This document shows positions 23,497 to 35,818 of a DNA stretch of 64,000 nucleotides, in pieces. The notes beneath the pieces were generated by a model. That model made no database searches. It was not told the origin of the DNA and saw nothing but the letters and a program-made list of their open reading frames with translations. Both the position numbers and the translations under genes were made by a program. This stretch comes from a bacterium. GTDB taxonomy: Bacteria > Patescibacteriota > Patescibacteriia > SBBB01. The stretch spans positions 24,957 to 88,956 of the forward strand of contig SBBB01000011.1 in the NCBI GenBank assembly GCA_005239895.1, read 5' to 3'. Every line of letters begins with the position of its first letter. Position 1 is the stretch's first letter.

Positions 23497-25683
23497 CTAA
23501 CTCTTTGATGTTGGCCATTTTTCAATTGCTAAAAAGGTTTTAGAGCCTAATAAACCCCAAATATATTCAGTGATAAATGGCATAAATGGATGTAATAATT
23601 TTAGAGACTGTTTTAAGCAATGAACTAAAATTAATTGCGTATTTTTAGCGAGAGCAGAATCTTTTAATTGAGTTTTGCTCGCTTCAATATACTTATCAGC
23701 TAAATTATGCCAAATAAATTGATAAATAGTTTGACTAGCGTTATTTAGAGAAAAATTCTTTATATCTCCCGTAACTTTTTTAATAGTATCATCTAAATCC
23801 TGTAAAATCAATTTATCTTCGGGAGTTAAAGCCACGGGCTGTTGAACTGACTGCAATATATTTTTGTCACAATTCGCAACTATAAATCTAAATATATTCC
23901 ATAATTTATTAGCAAAATGTTTCATTCCCTTTACTTGATCTTCGTCAAATTTTACATCATTTCCAAAAGCAGCTCCAGACATAAGTCCCATGCGCAATGC
24001 ATCTGCTCCGTATTTTTCAATCATTTCTACGGGGTCAATTCCATTACCAAGTGATTTACTAAACTTGCGCCCATTTTTATCACGAACTATTCCGTGAATC
24101 ATCACTTCTCGAAATGGAACTTGCCCCAAGTGAAAACCGCTCATTAAAATCATACGCGAAATCCAAAGCTGTAAAATTTCGTAAGCTGGAGAAATAAGAG
24201 AGGTTGGATGAAAATTTTTTAGATCTTGAGATTTTTCTGGCCAACCTAAAGTAGAGAAAGTCCAAAGACCTGAAGAAAACCAGGTATCTAAAGTATCAGG
24301 ATCTTGAACCCAACCCTCACCTTTTGGAATTTTAATATCACAACAAACTTCGTCTCCCCGATACCAAATCGGAATACGATGTCCAAACCAAATTTGACGC
24401 GAAATACACCAATCTTTCAAATTATCTATCCAATGAAAATAAATTTTCTGAAATCTTTCTTGACTAATTTTTACTGCGCCACTACTTACACTCTCGCGCA
24501 TTATTTCATTTAAAGAAACCTGACTACCACTTTTAATTCCTGGTATTTCTGAATATGGAATTGTAAATTTTTTATTAATATCAACCCACCATTGTAATTT
24601 AGGCAAAAGTTCAATAATTGCTCCAGTTCTTTCAGAGATTGAAACATTTTGTTGAATTTTATCTTCTTTTTCAAGTAAGCCTTGATCCTTAAGCCAAGAC
24701 ACAACAACCTCTCTGGCTTCCGATACTTTTTTTCCATCCAAGTGTCCGACAGTCATTTTAGCATATTCATTAATTATTTGAGGGCGAGGCAAATTATGCC
24801 TATCAGCTATTTCCCAATCTACTTGGCTGTGAGCTGGTGTTACGCCCAAGGCTCCGGTGCCAAAATCTTTTTCCACTGATTCATCAGCAACAATTTTGAT
24901 ATGAATGGGAATATCGCAAAAAATTAAATCAAATTCTTGTCCAATATATTTTTTATATCTAATATCATCTGGATGAACTGCGACCGCCGTATCACCAACC
25001 TTAGTTTCAGGACGAGTAGTTGAAATCGCAATCGGGAAATCTTTAGAATATTTAAAAGTGTACAACTGAGTTTGACGATCTTCATAAATTATTTCATCGT
25101 CCGAAATAGTGGTTTGACCCTTAGGATCCCAATTTACAATTCGGTTTCCACGATAAATAAGTCCAGCTTCATACATTCTTTTAAAAGCCGTATAAACTGC
25201 AAATTGACGTTTTTCATCTAAGGCATAAGCATAACGACTCCAATCTAAAGAAGCACCCATCCGTTTGACCTGAGTTAAAATCACTTTTTCGCTTTTGAGC
25301 GCAAACTCCGTAATGCGTCTAACCAATTCTTCCCGACCTAAATCATATCTGTTTTTATGTTCTTCTTTTTGAATATCTTTTTCTACCCTAGCTTGGGTTG
25401 CAATTGCGGCTGAATCCGTGCCCGGAATCCAAATTATCTTTTTGCCGCACATACGCTGATAGCGAATCAAAACATCTTGAAGAGAGTCTTCATAAGCATG
25501 ACCTATATGCAGAACTCCGGTTACATTGGGAGGTGGAAGAACCATTGAGAATACTTCACGTTTATTTAATTCAGGATCAACGCCCTCAACGCTACTAACA
25601 AAAATTTTAGCTTCATCCCATTTTTTATTAATCTCATCTTCAACTAAAACTGGATCATAGTTTTTAGGTAATGTTGTTTCCAT
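23497..25683 (-). CDS. valS: Valine--tRNA ligase (short form, no C-terminal coiled coil)
   Basis: PPPNVTG.LHIGH, DWCISRQIWFGH, DTWFSS, KFSKSLGN. Confidence 0.97.
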   Translation of the reverse strand: METTLPKNYDPVLVEDEINKKWDEAKIFVSSVEGVDPELNKREVFSMVLPPPNVTGVLHIGHAYEDSLQDVLIRYQRMCGKKIIWIPGTDSAAIATQARVEKDIQKEEHKNRYDLGREELVRRITEFALKSEKVILTQVKRMGASLDWSRYAYALDEKRQFAVYTAFKRMYEAGLIYRGNRIVNWDPKGQTTISDDEIIYEDRQTQLYTFKYSKDFPIAISTTRPETKVGDTAVAVHPDDIRYKKYIGQEFDLIFCDIPIHIKIVADESVEKDFGTGALGVTPAHSQVDWEIADRHNLPRPQIINEYAKMTVGHLDGKKVSEAREVVVSWLKDQGLLEKEDKIQQNVSISERTGAIIELLPKLQWWVDINKKFTIPYSEIPGIKSGSQVSLNEIMRESVSSGAVKISQERFQKIYFHWIDNLKDWCISRQIWFGHRIPIWYRGDEVCCDIKIPKGEGWVQDPDTLDTWFSSGLWTFSTLGWPEKSQDLKNFHPTSLISPAYEILQLWISRMILMSGFHLGQVPFREVMIHGIVRDKNGRKFSKSLGNGIDPVEMIEKYGADALRMGLMSGAAFGNDVKFDEDQVKGMKHFANKLWNIFRFIVANCDKNILQSVQQPVALTPEDKLILQDLDDTIKKVTGDIKNFSLNNASQTIYQFIWHNLADKYIEASKTQLKDSALAKNTQLILVHCLKQSLKLLHPFMPFITEYIWGLLGSKTFLAIEKWPTSKS

Positions 25684-25721
25684 TTTTATATTATTACGGT
25701 TTGGCGGGTTGAGCTTAAAAT

Positions 25722-28106
25722 TTAATTTTGAACAGATTTAGTATCTTGATCTTTTAACATTAATTCGATGATTTTTACTAGTTCCAAATCACTCAATTTA
25801 TTAATCTGAACATATTGATTAGAAAGAGTATAAAGATTATTATCAATATACAAACTCCTATTTATTTGAGTAGGTCTAGTATAATACATGTCTTGATTGA
25901 ACCCAGGATCTGATTTTATGTTCTTAGGTAAAGTATGAACAACCTTGCCCTTTAATTTAAATCCAGATGTGTCTACATTAAATACCATGGCTGAATATAT
26001 AGGGCTAATATCAGCTAGTTCCTCATTGCCACCAAATCTGGGTAAATTGTCAGCAATAAACCTCGTAAATGTCACGGGTATGACTAATAAATTCTTTGGT
26101 TTAGAAAATAAAAAGGCTTTATGATTATTTAGAGCTTCGGAAGATGTATAAGCATCTCCAATTTCATATTTATCTATTTCTTTCAAATTATTAACATCTC
26201 TCACATCAAATAATGATAATTTTAAAGCTGCATTCATAACTCCACCGTGCTCATTTTCCTTGGTCTCTCTTCCAAAACCTATAAGATAATTGTCATCGTA
26301 AGGATGTAAATAATTAGAGTAACCAGGAATTTTTAATTGACCTAGAACCGTTGGATTCTTAGGATCTTTAAGATCAATTGCAAACAATGGATCTACTTGT
26401 TTAAATGTAACCATATAAGCTCGGTTTTGCATAAATCTAACTGAATATATGCGCTCACCTTTAGCTAACCCCTCCACTTTTCCAACCACTTTTAAATTTT
26501 CATCTAAAACATACAAATTATTATAGGATTCTGTTGGTTTAGCGTCATCGTCAAAACGAGAAAATGACCAGCTTTGATTTTTAGTGGTGGCAATTCTAAA
26601 ATACCCCTTATCTTCATCCATTGAAAACTGATTTAAAACGTGACCCGTAACTTCTCCCACAGTCTGATATTTTAATTGCCCTTCTTTAATATTTATTTTA
26701 TGAATTATACTTTTTTCTAACTCTTTGGAAATATCAACATAAACAATCTTTGTCTTTTCTTTTATGGTTTCTTCAAGTTTGTCTTGTTCTTCCTTGGATA
26801 GTTCTTCAACATATTTTTCAATAATATTTTCAATTTTACTTAGTTTTTCTTCATTTGATAAAACAAGTTTATCAATACCTTCAATATAAATCACGCGTTC
26901 CCGATCTTTAGCTGGCAATAATGGATATACAACCTCTTTTAATATATTAAAAGTCAAATCATGTTCATTAAAATACTTGGTGTAAACAATATAAATATTA
27001 TTTTCAGAAACATACATATTCTGTCCACTATCCAACAAATAAACTTCATTCTTAACTGGATTAGTAATGTTTTTCAAGTCCAACATGGAAATACTCGTAA
27101 AATTATAACTACGGTAAGGTACATCAAAATAATATACATCTGGACAATTACACCTGGGACTGGTTTGGTCGTTGCTTAAAGTATTTCCATCTTCAATAAC
27201 CATAGGCAATACACGCTCATAATCTGAAATAGAATAAGTGTATTTATTAGTTATAAAATAAAGATGATCTTTAATCAAACGAGAATTAAAATAACTTCCT
27301 TCAAATTGAAAATCTTTAATTTTCTTAGGATTTTTACGATCCGTAATATCAAATACTTCTACAACTGTGTAATAATTGTTATTGTAATGATGTCGCCTAC
27401 TAGAAGGCTTAGAAATTGTAAAGGGTTGATAAGTATTGCCATATACTATTAACTTATTTCCACTGACATATAAACCCGATGCGGTTTTGTTTTTAAAATC
27501 TAAATTTGCCACTACTTCGGATTCTTGCGAAGGACGAGCTTTTAAAATCCACAGTTTATTATTAGCCAAAGTATAAATATAGTCACCATCGGTTTTAACC
27601 ACATCTGCTTCATCTACACCTGCTACTTGAATATTAGTTCTAGAATAATCATCGCCATCACTAGGCGGCGACCCAAGCCCAGTCTCCTCACCAGCTTCAA
27701 AACCCATTGGACCAACAGAATCAACACCTATACTCCTTGAACCCATACTATCTGATGACTTAAAACGAACTCTATCATATCTATACGAAGCCTGTTGGGA
27801 TAATTGATTATCTTTAAGATATTCAGTCAGTTCATTCAAATCTTTAAATTTTTTCATTTTCGACTGCTTGGCTAATTGCTGATTCAAAAATTGACTAGAT
27901 GTTTTGTTGCCATTCTTAAGAGCAACATACTTTTCGTCCGACATGCCTACCAACCTAGCGCTGGCTATAACAGCTACAATACCAACGATCAACAAACAAG
28001 CCATGGATATACTAAACAATATTTTATTTGTCGGTTGAACAGAGATTGTCCCGTCTTTGGAATTAAAATTCTTGTCTGAATGGTTAGATTGATTCATATA
28101 TTTCAT
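25722..28106 (-). CDS. Membrane-anchored secreted beta-propeller protein (Beta_propel type)
   Basis: N-terminal TM; YSRTNIQVAGVDEADVVKTDG, NQFSMDE, GERIYSVRF, VTFKQVDPLF, LKIPGYSNYLHP. Confidence 0.9.
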   Translation of the reverse strand: MKYMNQSNHSDKNFNSKDGTISVQPTNKILFSISMACLLIVGIVAVIASARLVGMSDEKYVALKNGNKTSSQFLNQQLAKQSKMKKFKDLNELTEYLKDNQLSQQASYRYDRVRFKSSDSMGSRSIGVDSVGPMGFEAGEETGLGSPPSDGDDYSRTNIQVAGVDEADVVKTDGDYIYTLANNKLWILKARPSQESEVVANLDFKNKTASGLYVSGNKLIVYGNTYQPFTISKPSSRRHHYNNNYYTVVEVFDITDRKNPKKIKDFQFEGSYFNSRLIKDHLYFITNKYTYSISDYERVLPMVIEDGNTLSNDQTSPRCNCPDVYYFDVPYRSYNFTSISMLDLKNITNPVKNEVYLLDSGQNMYVSENNIYIVYTKYFNEHDLTFNILKEVVYPLLPAKDRERVIYIEGIDKLVLSNEEKLSKIENIIEKYVEELSKEEQDKLEETIKEKTKIVYVDISKELEKSIIHKINIKEGQLKYQTVGEVTGHVLNQFSMDEDKGYFRIATTKNQSWSFSRFDDDAKPTESYNNLYVLDENLKVVGKVEGLAKGERIYSVRFMQNRAYMVTFKQVDPLFAIDLKDPKNPTVLGQLKIPGYSNYLHPYDDNYLIGFGRETKENEHGGVMNAALKLSLFDVRDVNNLKEIDKYEIGDAYTSSEALNNHKAFLFSKPKNLLVIPVTFTRFIADNLPRFGGNEELADISPIYSAMVFNVDTSGFKLKGKVVHTLPKNIKSDPGFNQDMYYTRPTQINRSLYIDNNLYTLSNQYVQINKLSDLELVKIIELMLKDQDTKSVQN

Positions 28107-28116
28107 GAATTAAAAA

Positions 28117-30147
<2,031 letters not shown>

Positions 30148-30378
30148 TTAAAATTTTCCAACAAAATTAAGCCCTTTCAGGCATTTATATTATACTAAAT
30201 ATTTAACGTTTAGGCAAGTATAATTAGTACGACAAAATTTCAACATATAAATACACTCTTAAAATAACAAAAACCTATACATTGATATTAACTGAGATAT
30301 TTAATTTAAATAACATTTCACTAAATTATATTTCTCTCTTCGATCTTCGATAACATTTCAATGATATTTAACTTCGAT

Positions 30379-30410
30379 ACTTAGATATCACCTTACTTAG
30401 ATATCACCTT
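30379..30410. repeat. 16-bp direct tandem duplication
   Basis: acttagatatcacctt x2. Confidence 0.8.
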
Positions 30411-30416
30411 AAAACC

Positions 30417-30450
30417 GTGACAACCTATCACGATCGAGATGAAGTGTCAC
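30417..30450. repeat. 34-bp palindromic repeat family A, copy 2
   Basis: gtgacaacctatcacgatcgagatgaagtgtcac. Confidence 0.85.
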
Positions 30451-30718
30451 GGTCACTCAATAAATTATACGACAATTACATATCATAATAATAGTATACA
30501 ACATATACCATACTTCAAGGTTAAATTTAAAAAGGCGGGTTGCACTTTATTTAAAAATTAATATGTTTAATACTCGGGGTATCAAACATGTGGAAACCCT
30601 TCGGCTACGCTCAGGGTCTGCACCCCCATTCATCTCTGAAGTAAACTCCAAAGTGTTCTGGGAGTTTCGATCAACCCTGTTTGTTTTATCTAGATAATGC
30701 TAAAATAATGTAATTACT

Positions 30719-32203
30719 ATGATTCTAAATCTCATTTCCTTTAAACAACCCTATTTTAAAAATACAATCCTGTTTGTAGTACTTATAGAACTACTATCTC
30801 TTCTTGGTCATTTTATACCTGAACTAAACACTGTAGTTTTTGCGGTGATTATTTTATTAACTATAATTATTAGTTTAGAAAAACTAGAGTATGGAATCTA
30901 TATATTACTCGCTGAATTATTTATAGGATCAAAAGGTTATTTATTCTTTATTGAATATAATGGTGTAAATGTTTCTATAAGACTGGCTTTATTTTTAGTT
31001 ATTATCAGTATAGGTTTATTTCACTTTTGGAAAACTAAGCCTAGCATTCAACAATTAAAAGATAATTTAAAAACCCTATCTACTCTAAACAAAATCTATA
31101 TTTTGTTTGGAATCATACTGCTAGTTGGCGTTATCAATGCTATTCAAAATAATCACCCTTATAATAATATTTTCTTTGACAGTAATGGTTATTTATATTG
31201 GCTATTATACCCAATCATTCTTTTCGCATTAAAAAACAAAACACAAATTGAAAATGTATTACAAATCTTTTTTGCCACTCTCGTTACTATATCTACCAAA
31301 ACCTTAATTTTACTATTTTTATTTTCTCATAGCTCTCCTTATATTTTGCATCCTATTTATAGATGGATACGTATCACGGGCGTAGGTGAAATTGCAAACT
31401 TACAATCTGGTTTTTATAGAATATTTATGCAAAATCAAATTTATTTAATGCTCGGGTTTATAATTATATTATATCCATTATTAAAATTATTATTAAATAA
31501 AACCCCTAGGTCTGAAAATAAAAATATATGTGTTGGATTTTGGATGTTAATATTATTAGGAGCCAGTTTAATTACCAGCCTTTCGCGCAGCTTTTGGGTG
31601 GGCATATTACTAGCGCTTGTAGTTCTATTTGTGATTTTAGGTTTAAAATCTAAAAAAGAAGCTTGGCAGTCTTTATGTGTATGTATAGTTATAATATATA
31701 GTAGTATAGGCTTAATATTAACTATTATAAATTTTCCCTATCCAAGTAAAACTTATAACACCTATACCATAATTGATACTATTCAAGATCGAACCATTGA
31801 CACTAAAGAAGCAGCTGTAATGAGTAGGTGGAATCTATTACCAGTATTGTGGAATAAGGTTGTGGAAAAACCGGCCTTAGGTTTTGGTTTTGGATCTTTG
31901 GTAACTTATACAGCTACAGACCCACGAGTATTAGCTGTAAACCCAACAGGCGAATACACTACTTATTCTTTTGAATGGGGGTATTTAGATATTATGCTTA
32001 AAATTGGCAGTATAGGTTTAATTATTTATCTTATTTTTATGTTTTATATTGCTAAACCATTGTGGAGTTTTACATCTTTAAATTTTTTGTTAAGCTTGAT
32101 AGCATTATTAACAACGCATATATTTAGCCCTTACCTTAATCATCCTCTAGGCATAGGTTACTTAATAATGTTAATATTGATAGGCAAACACTTTGAAACT
32201 TAA
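30719..32203 (+). CDS. O-antigen ligase/Wzy-like polytopic membrane protein
   Basis: Many TM helices, SLSRSFW, periplasmic loop SRW...PALGFGFG. Confidence 0.85.
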   Translation: MILNLISFKQPYFKNTILFVVLIELLSLLGHFIPELNTVVFAVIILLTIIISLEKLEYGIYILLAELFIGSKGYLFFIEYNGVNVSIRLALFLVIISIGLFHFWKTKPSIQQLKDNLKTLSTLNKIYILFGIILLVGVINAIQNNHPYNNIFFDSNGYLYWLLYPIILFALKNKTQIENVLQIFFATLVTISTKTLILLFLFSHSSPYILHPIYRWIRITGVGEIANLQSGFYRIFMQNQIYLMLGFIIILYPLLKLLLNKTPRSENKNICVGFWMLILLGASLITSLSRSFWVGILLALVVLFVILGLKSKKEAWQSLCVCIVIIYSSIGLILTIINFPYPSKTYNTYTIIDTIQDRTIDTKEAAVMSRWNLLPVLWNKVVEKPALGFGFGSLVTYTATDPRVLAVNPTGEYTTYSFEWGYLDIMLKIGSIGLIIYLIFMFYIAKPLWSFTSLNFLLSLIALLTTHIFSPYLNHPLGIGYLIMLILIGKHFET

Positions 32204-32327
32204 TTTCCTTAGGCCTAAGGGCCATCAGGCCCTAACGGCATAATTCGTCCTGTAATATGATAGGACGACAAAGAACAAAAGTTACAAACTAAAAAGCTAC
32301 AAGCTAATTCCTAATTATATTTTTAAT

Positions 32328-33095
32328 ATGTCCATATTAATTGCAAATTGGAAAATGAATCCTGATTCTCTTAACAAAGCTGAATTGTTGTTTGCCCAAG
32401 AAATAAAAAATAACACCAAACATCAAATCATTATATGTCCACCTCATATTTGGTTAGAATCACTTTATAAAAAATACAAAAAATATATACAAAAAAATAT
32501 TGGACTGGGATGTCAAAACATAAACCATGAAGAAAATGGAGCGCATACCGGCGAAGTATCTATTAAAATGATTAAAGACAGTGGCTGCAAATATATTATT
32601 ATTGGGCATTCGGAAAGACGCGCCACTGGAGAAACCCAAGAAATAATTAATCAGAAGATTCAGCTGACCCTAAAACATAAACTTACTCCCATACTTTGTA
32701 TTGGAGAGCCTATGGTAATAAAACAACAAGGCCTGCAGTCCGTAAAAAATTATTTAGAAACCCAATTAATAGAATGTCTTAAAAATATATCTCTTGCGGA
32801 TAAAAAACAAAAAATTTTTATTGCGTACGAACCAATTTGGGCTATTGGTAATTTTGCCATACAGCATCTTAATCAAACTGAAATTTTAGAAATTAAACAA
32901 AGTATTGAGTTAACCTTGCAAAACTTATTCTCAACGCTAAATATTCATAAAACATTTAAAATTTTATACGGTGGTAGCGTGGATGAGAAAAATATAAAAA
33001 CTTTTGTGGGGAATAATTTAATGGACGGGTCTTTGATTGGAACTTCCTCTTTAAACCCTAAAACATTTCAAACAATTTGTAAGCAAATCAATTAA
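32328..33095 (+). CDS. tpiA: Triosephosphate isomerase
   Basis: ANWKMN, GHSERR, AYEPIWAIG, LYGGSV. Confidence 0.95.
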   Translation: MSILIANWKMNPDSLNKAELLFAQEIKNNTKHQIIICPPHIWLESLYKKYKKYIQKNIGLGCQNINHEENGAHTGEVSIKMIKDSGCKYIIIGHSERRATGETQEIINQKIQLTLKHKLTPILCIGEPMVIKQQGLQSVKNYLETQLIECLKNISLADKKQKIFIAYEPIWAIGNFAIQHLNQTEILEIKQSIELTLQNLFSTLNIHKTFKILYGGSVDEKNIKTFVGNNLMDGSLIGTSSLNPKTFQTICKQIN

Positions 33096-33601
33096 CGCTT
33101 AGTCCATTGAGGCGCGCGACGAGCTCGCTTCAAACCATACTTTTTTCTTTCTTTAATTCTCGCGTCGCGAGTTAATAAACCAGCGGATCTTAAAGATAAT
33201 CTTAAATTTTCATCTAAATTAACTAAAGCTTTAGCTAAGGCATTGCGTATACTGCTCACCTGTCCATTTATACCTCCGCCTTTAATATAAATTGTGCAAT
33301 CCATAATATCTTTCTTGCCGCACATAATCAAAGGTTGCAAAATCAATTCTTGAAGAGTTTTTTGAGGAAAATATTGAGTATAATCTTTATTATTAATAGT
33401 TATAGTTCCCGTACCATTTTGAAATACGCGCAAAGTACCAACAGCTGTTTTGCGTTTACCAACTGCATAAACATACTTGCCATCTGGTAATGATACGCCC
33501 TCTGATTTACCAACTAAACTGTCTGTAACCGGTTTTACTAATTTATCTTTTTTACTGGCTCTAATTTTTCTAATTTTAACTTTGTCGGTAGTATTTTTCA
33601 T
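33092..33601 (-). CDS. rpsI: 30S ribosomal protein S9 with N-terminal extension
   Basis: GKRKTA, GGGINGQ, ERKKYGLKRARRAPQWTKR. Confidence 0.97.
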   Translation of the reverse strand: MKNTTDKVKIRKIRASKKDKLVKPVTDSLVGKSEGVSLPDGKYVYAVGKRKTAVGTLRVFQNGTGTITINNKDYTQYFPQKTLQELILQPLIMCGKKDIMDCTIYIKGGGINGQVSSIRNALAKALVNLDENLRLSLRSAGLLTRDARIKERKKYGLKRARRAPQWTKR

Positions 33602-33616
33602 AACTTTAAATTGTAA

Positions 33617-33982
33617 TTATTTAATAATTAACCTTTTTATCCTCTCTTTACGTAACTTATTGTTTGGTAACATATGTAAAACAGCGTTTTTTAAAACAAA
33701 ACCAGGATTAGTAGTCCACAATTCGTCTAAAGTCCTAGTTTTTAACCCTCCAGGGTAACCACTAAAATGAAAATATTCTTTTTGTTCAAATTTTTTCCCT
33801 GTAAATGTAGCTCGATTTAAATTTACAACCTCAACCACTTCGCTTCCGGCTATATTAGGAGCGTAACCAACGACATGTTTGCCCATTAAGATAACAGCTA
33901 TCTTGGTCGCTAAACGACCAATAGTTTTACCATCGGCATCAATAGTGTGGGTTTTTATATTTTTAGAAATAATTTTTGTCAT
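33617..33982 (-). CDS. rplM: 50S ribosomal protein L13
   Basis: IDADGKTIGRLA, SGYPGGLK, MLPNNKLR. Confidence 0.97.
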   Translation of the reverse strand: MTKIISKNIKTHTIDADGKTIGRLATKIAVILMGKHVVGYAPNIAGSEVVEVVNLNRATFTGKKFEQKEYFHFSGYPGGLKTRTLDELWTTNPGFVLKNAVLHMLPNNKLRKERIKRLIIK

Positions 33983-33999
33983 AACCCTAAATAAAATAA

Positions 34000-34350
34000 T
34001 TATACAAACTCAATTTGACTAACCTCAGCCCCGTCCCCAACTCGTCTACCAATATTAACTATACGAGTATAACCACCCGAACGCTCATTATAACGCTTTC
34101 CTATTACATCTAACATTTTTACAACTGCTTTATTATCAAATACAAAACTTAATAACCTACGACGACTGGTTAAATTATTAACTTTAGCAATCGTTACTAA
34201 TTTATCCATAATAGGCTGCAAGGCTTTAGCTTTGGCTTTAGTGGTTTTAATTTTTTCGTGTATAATTAAACTCGTCGCCATATTTCTCAACATCATATCG
34301 CGAACGGATTTGCTTCGATCTAATTTAATTGTTTTTTTTCTATGACGCAT
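34000..34350 (-). CDS. rplQ: 50S ribosomal protein L17
   Basis: MRHRK, TTKAKAK, RSGGYTRI, RVGDGA. Confidence 0.97.
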   Translation of the reverse strand: MRHRKKTIKLDRSKSVRDMMLRNMATSLIIHEKIKTTKAKAKALQPIMDKLVTIAKVNNLTSRRRLLSFVFDNKAVVKMLDVIGKRYNERSGGYTRIVNIGRRVGDGAEVSQIEFV

Positions 34351-34353
34351 AAA

Positions 34354-35184
34354 TTAACTATTTTTTTTGGGTCTACCTCTGGTTTTTTTAACGAGTTGCT
34401 CATCAGTGTTAATATTTATATTACTATCGCTAGGTTTATCCGCGACTTCCGAACTCACAACATCTATCTCACAACCCACGGAACCAGCATTATCTGATTG
34501 TTTACATAAAACAGAAAAATTGTCAACAAGAATTTTACTAGCTTGCTCGCAAGCTTCACTGGGAGTTAAGCTACCATCGGTTTTAATATCTAATAACAAA
34601 CGATCATGACTCGTTCTTTCATCTATCATAATATTTTCAATTGAATAAGAAACAACCTTAATAGGACTAAAAACAGCGTCCATAGCTATAAAACCAATTT
34701 CACTATCATCTAATTTTCTATGATCAGCTGGTAAGTACCCATAACCTTTATTCACTAAAATATCTATCTCCATACGCGCGTCTTTGTGAGTTAAGGTGGC
34801 TATAACCAAATCCGGATTCATAATAGTTACATTATTAGGAGTAACTATATCTTTGGCAGTGACAGTTTTTACACCCTGAGCCTTTAAAAGTAATCTGGCT
34901 TTATCACCATCCACGATCTTTAATCTCAAATTTTTTAGATTTAAAATTATATTCAAAATATCTTCTTTAACATGTTCTAAGACTGATAGTTCATGCAAAG
35001 AAGGATTATTATTAATTTTAATACCTACCACAGCGCAACCTAATAAAGAAGATAAAAGTACGCGTCTAAGTGCGTTGCCCAAGGTTATTCCGTATCCACT
35101 CTGACAGGGTTCAATAATAATTCTACTGCTATTCACATTCTCGACGCTAATAACCTCTAGTTTATTAGGTAATTGTATAAACAT
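34354..35184 (-). CDS. rpoA: RNA polymerase alpha subunit lacking the alpha-CTD
   Basis: GYGITLGNALRRVLLSS, DAVFSPI, TDGS; ends in an acidic linker plus KKTRGRPKK. Confidence 0.95.
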   Translation of the reverse strand: MFIQLPNKLEVISVENVNSSRIIIEPCQSGYGITLGNALRRVLLSSLLGCAVVGIKINNNPSLHELSVLEHVKEDILNIILNLKNLRLKIVDGDKARLLLKAQGVKTVTAKDIVTPNNVTIMNPDLVIATLTHKDARMEIDILVNKGYGYLPADHRKLDDSEIGFIAMDAVFSPIKVVSYSIENIMIDERTSHDRLLLDIKTDGSLTPSEACEQASKILVDNFSVLCKQSDNAGSVGCEIDVVSSEVADKPSDSNININTDEQLVKKTRGRPKKNS

Positions 35185-35222
35185 ATAAAAATGTATTTAA
35201 AAATAAAAACTAATCTGTCTGA

Positions 35223-35813
35223 TTATAATCTAGAATAATACTCTACTATAAGGTGTATGTTTATTTCTCCCTTGACAGTGTTTATATCTGGCGAAGTTAA
35301 AATTTTCCCCGAACGATTTTCTTTATCTGTAAATAACCAAGTTGGAGTTTCATATTTTTCTAAAATTTTATCTCGATTTTTAAAAACCAAACTATTTTGA
35401 CTTCGAGGACGAATGCTTATAATATCACCAACGCTCACTTCGTAAGATGGAATATTTACAGCTTTACCATTTACTAAAAAATGTTTATGATTGATTAATT
35501 GTCTAGCTGTGTTTCTAGTGTTAGCTAAACCCAAACGATACACAACATTGTCCAGTCTGTTTTCTAGTTTCTGCAATAACATATCTCCTGTATCACCCTT
35601 AGCAATTTTTGCTTTTTCATAACAATTACGAAACTGTCTTTCGCGCATACCGTACATTTTCTTGCAAGCCTGCTTTTCGCGAAGCCTTAAAGCGTATTCA
35701 GTTAATTTAGCCATTCTTTTTTGAGGTTTAGCAGCATTAGCAGTTGTTTTATGTTCCGTGCGGACTTTTCTGGTTTTGGTTTCTGTAGTATTTTGCGTAT
35801 TTATATTATTCAT
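35223..35813 (-). CDS. rpsD: 30S ribosomal protein S4 with divergent N-terminus
   Basis: EYALRLREKQ, LENRLDNVVYRLG, ARQLINH, VEYYSR. Confidence 0.96.
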   Translation of the reverse strand: MNNINTQNTTETKTRKVRTEHKTTANAAKPQKRMAKLTEYALRLREKQACKKMYGMRERQFRNCYEKAKIAKGDTGDMLLQKLENRLDNVVYRLGLANTRNTARQLINHKHFLVNGKAVNIPSYEVSVGDIISIRPRSQNSLVFKNRDKILEKYETPTWLFTDKENRSGKILTSPDINTVKGEINIHLIVEYYSRL

Positions 35814-35818
35814 ATTAA

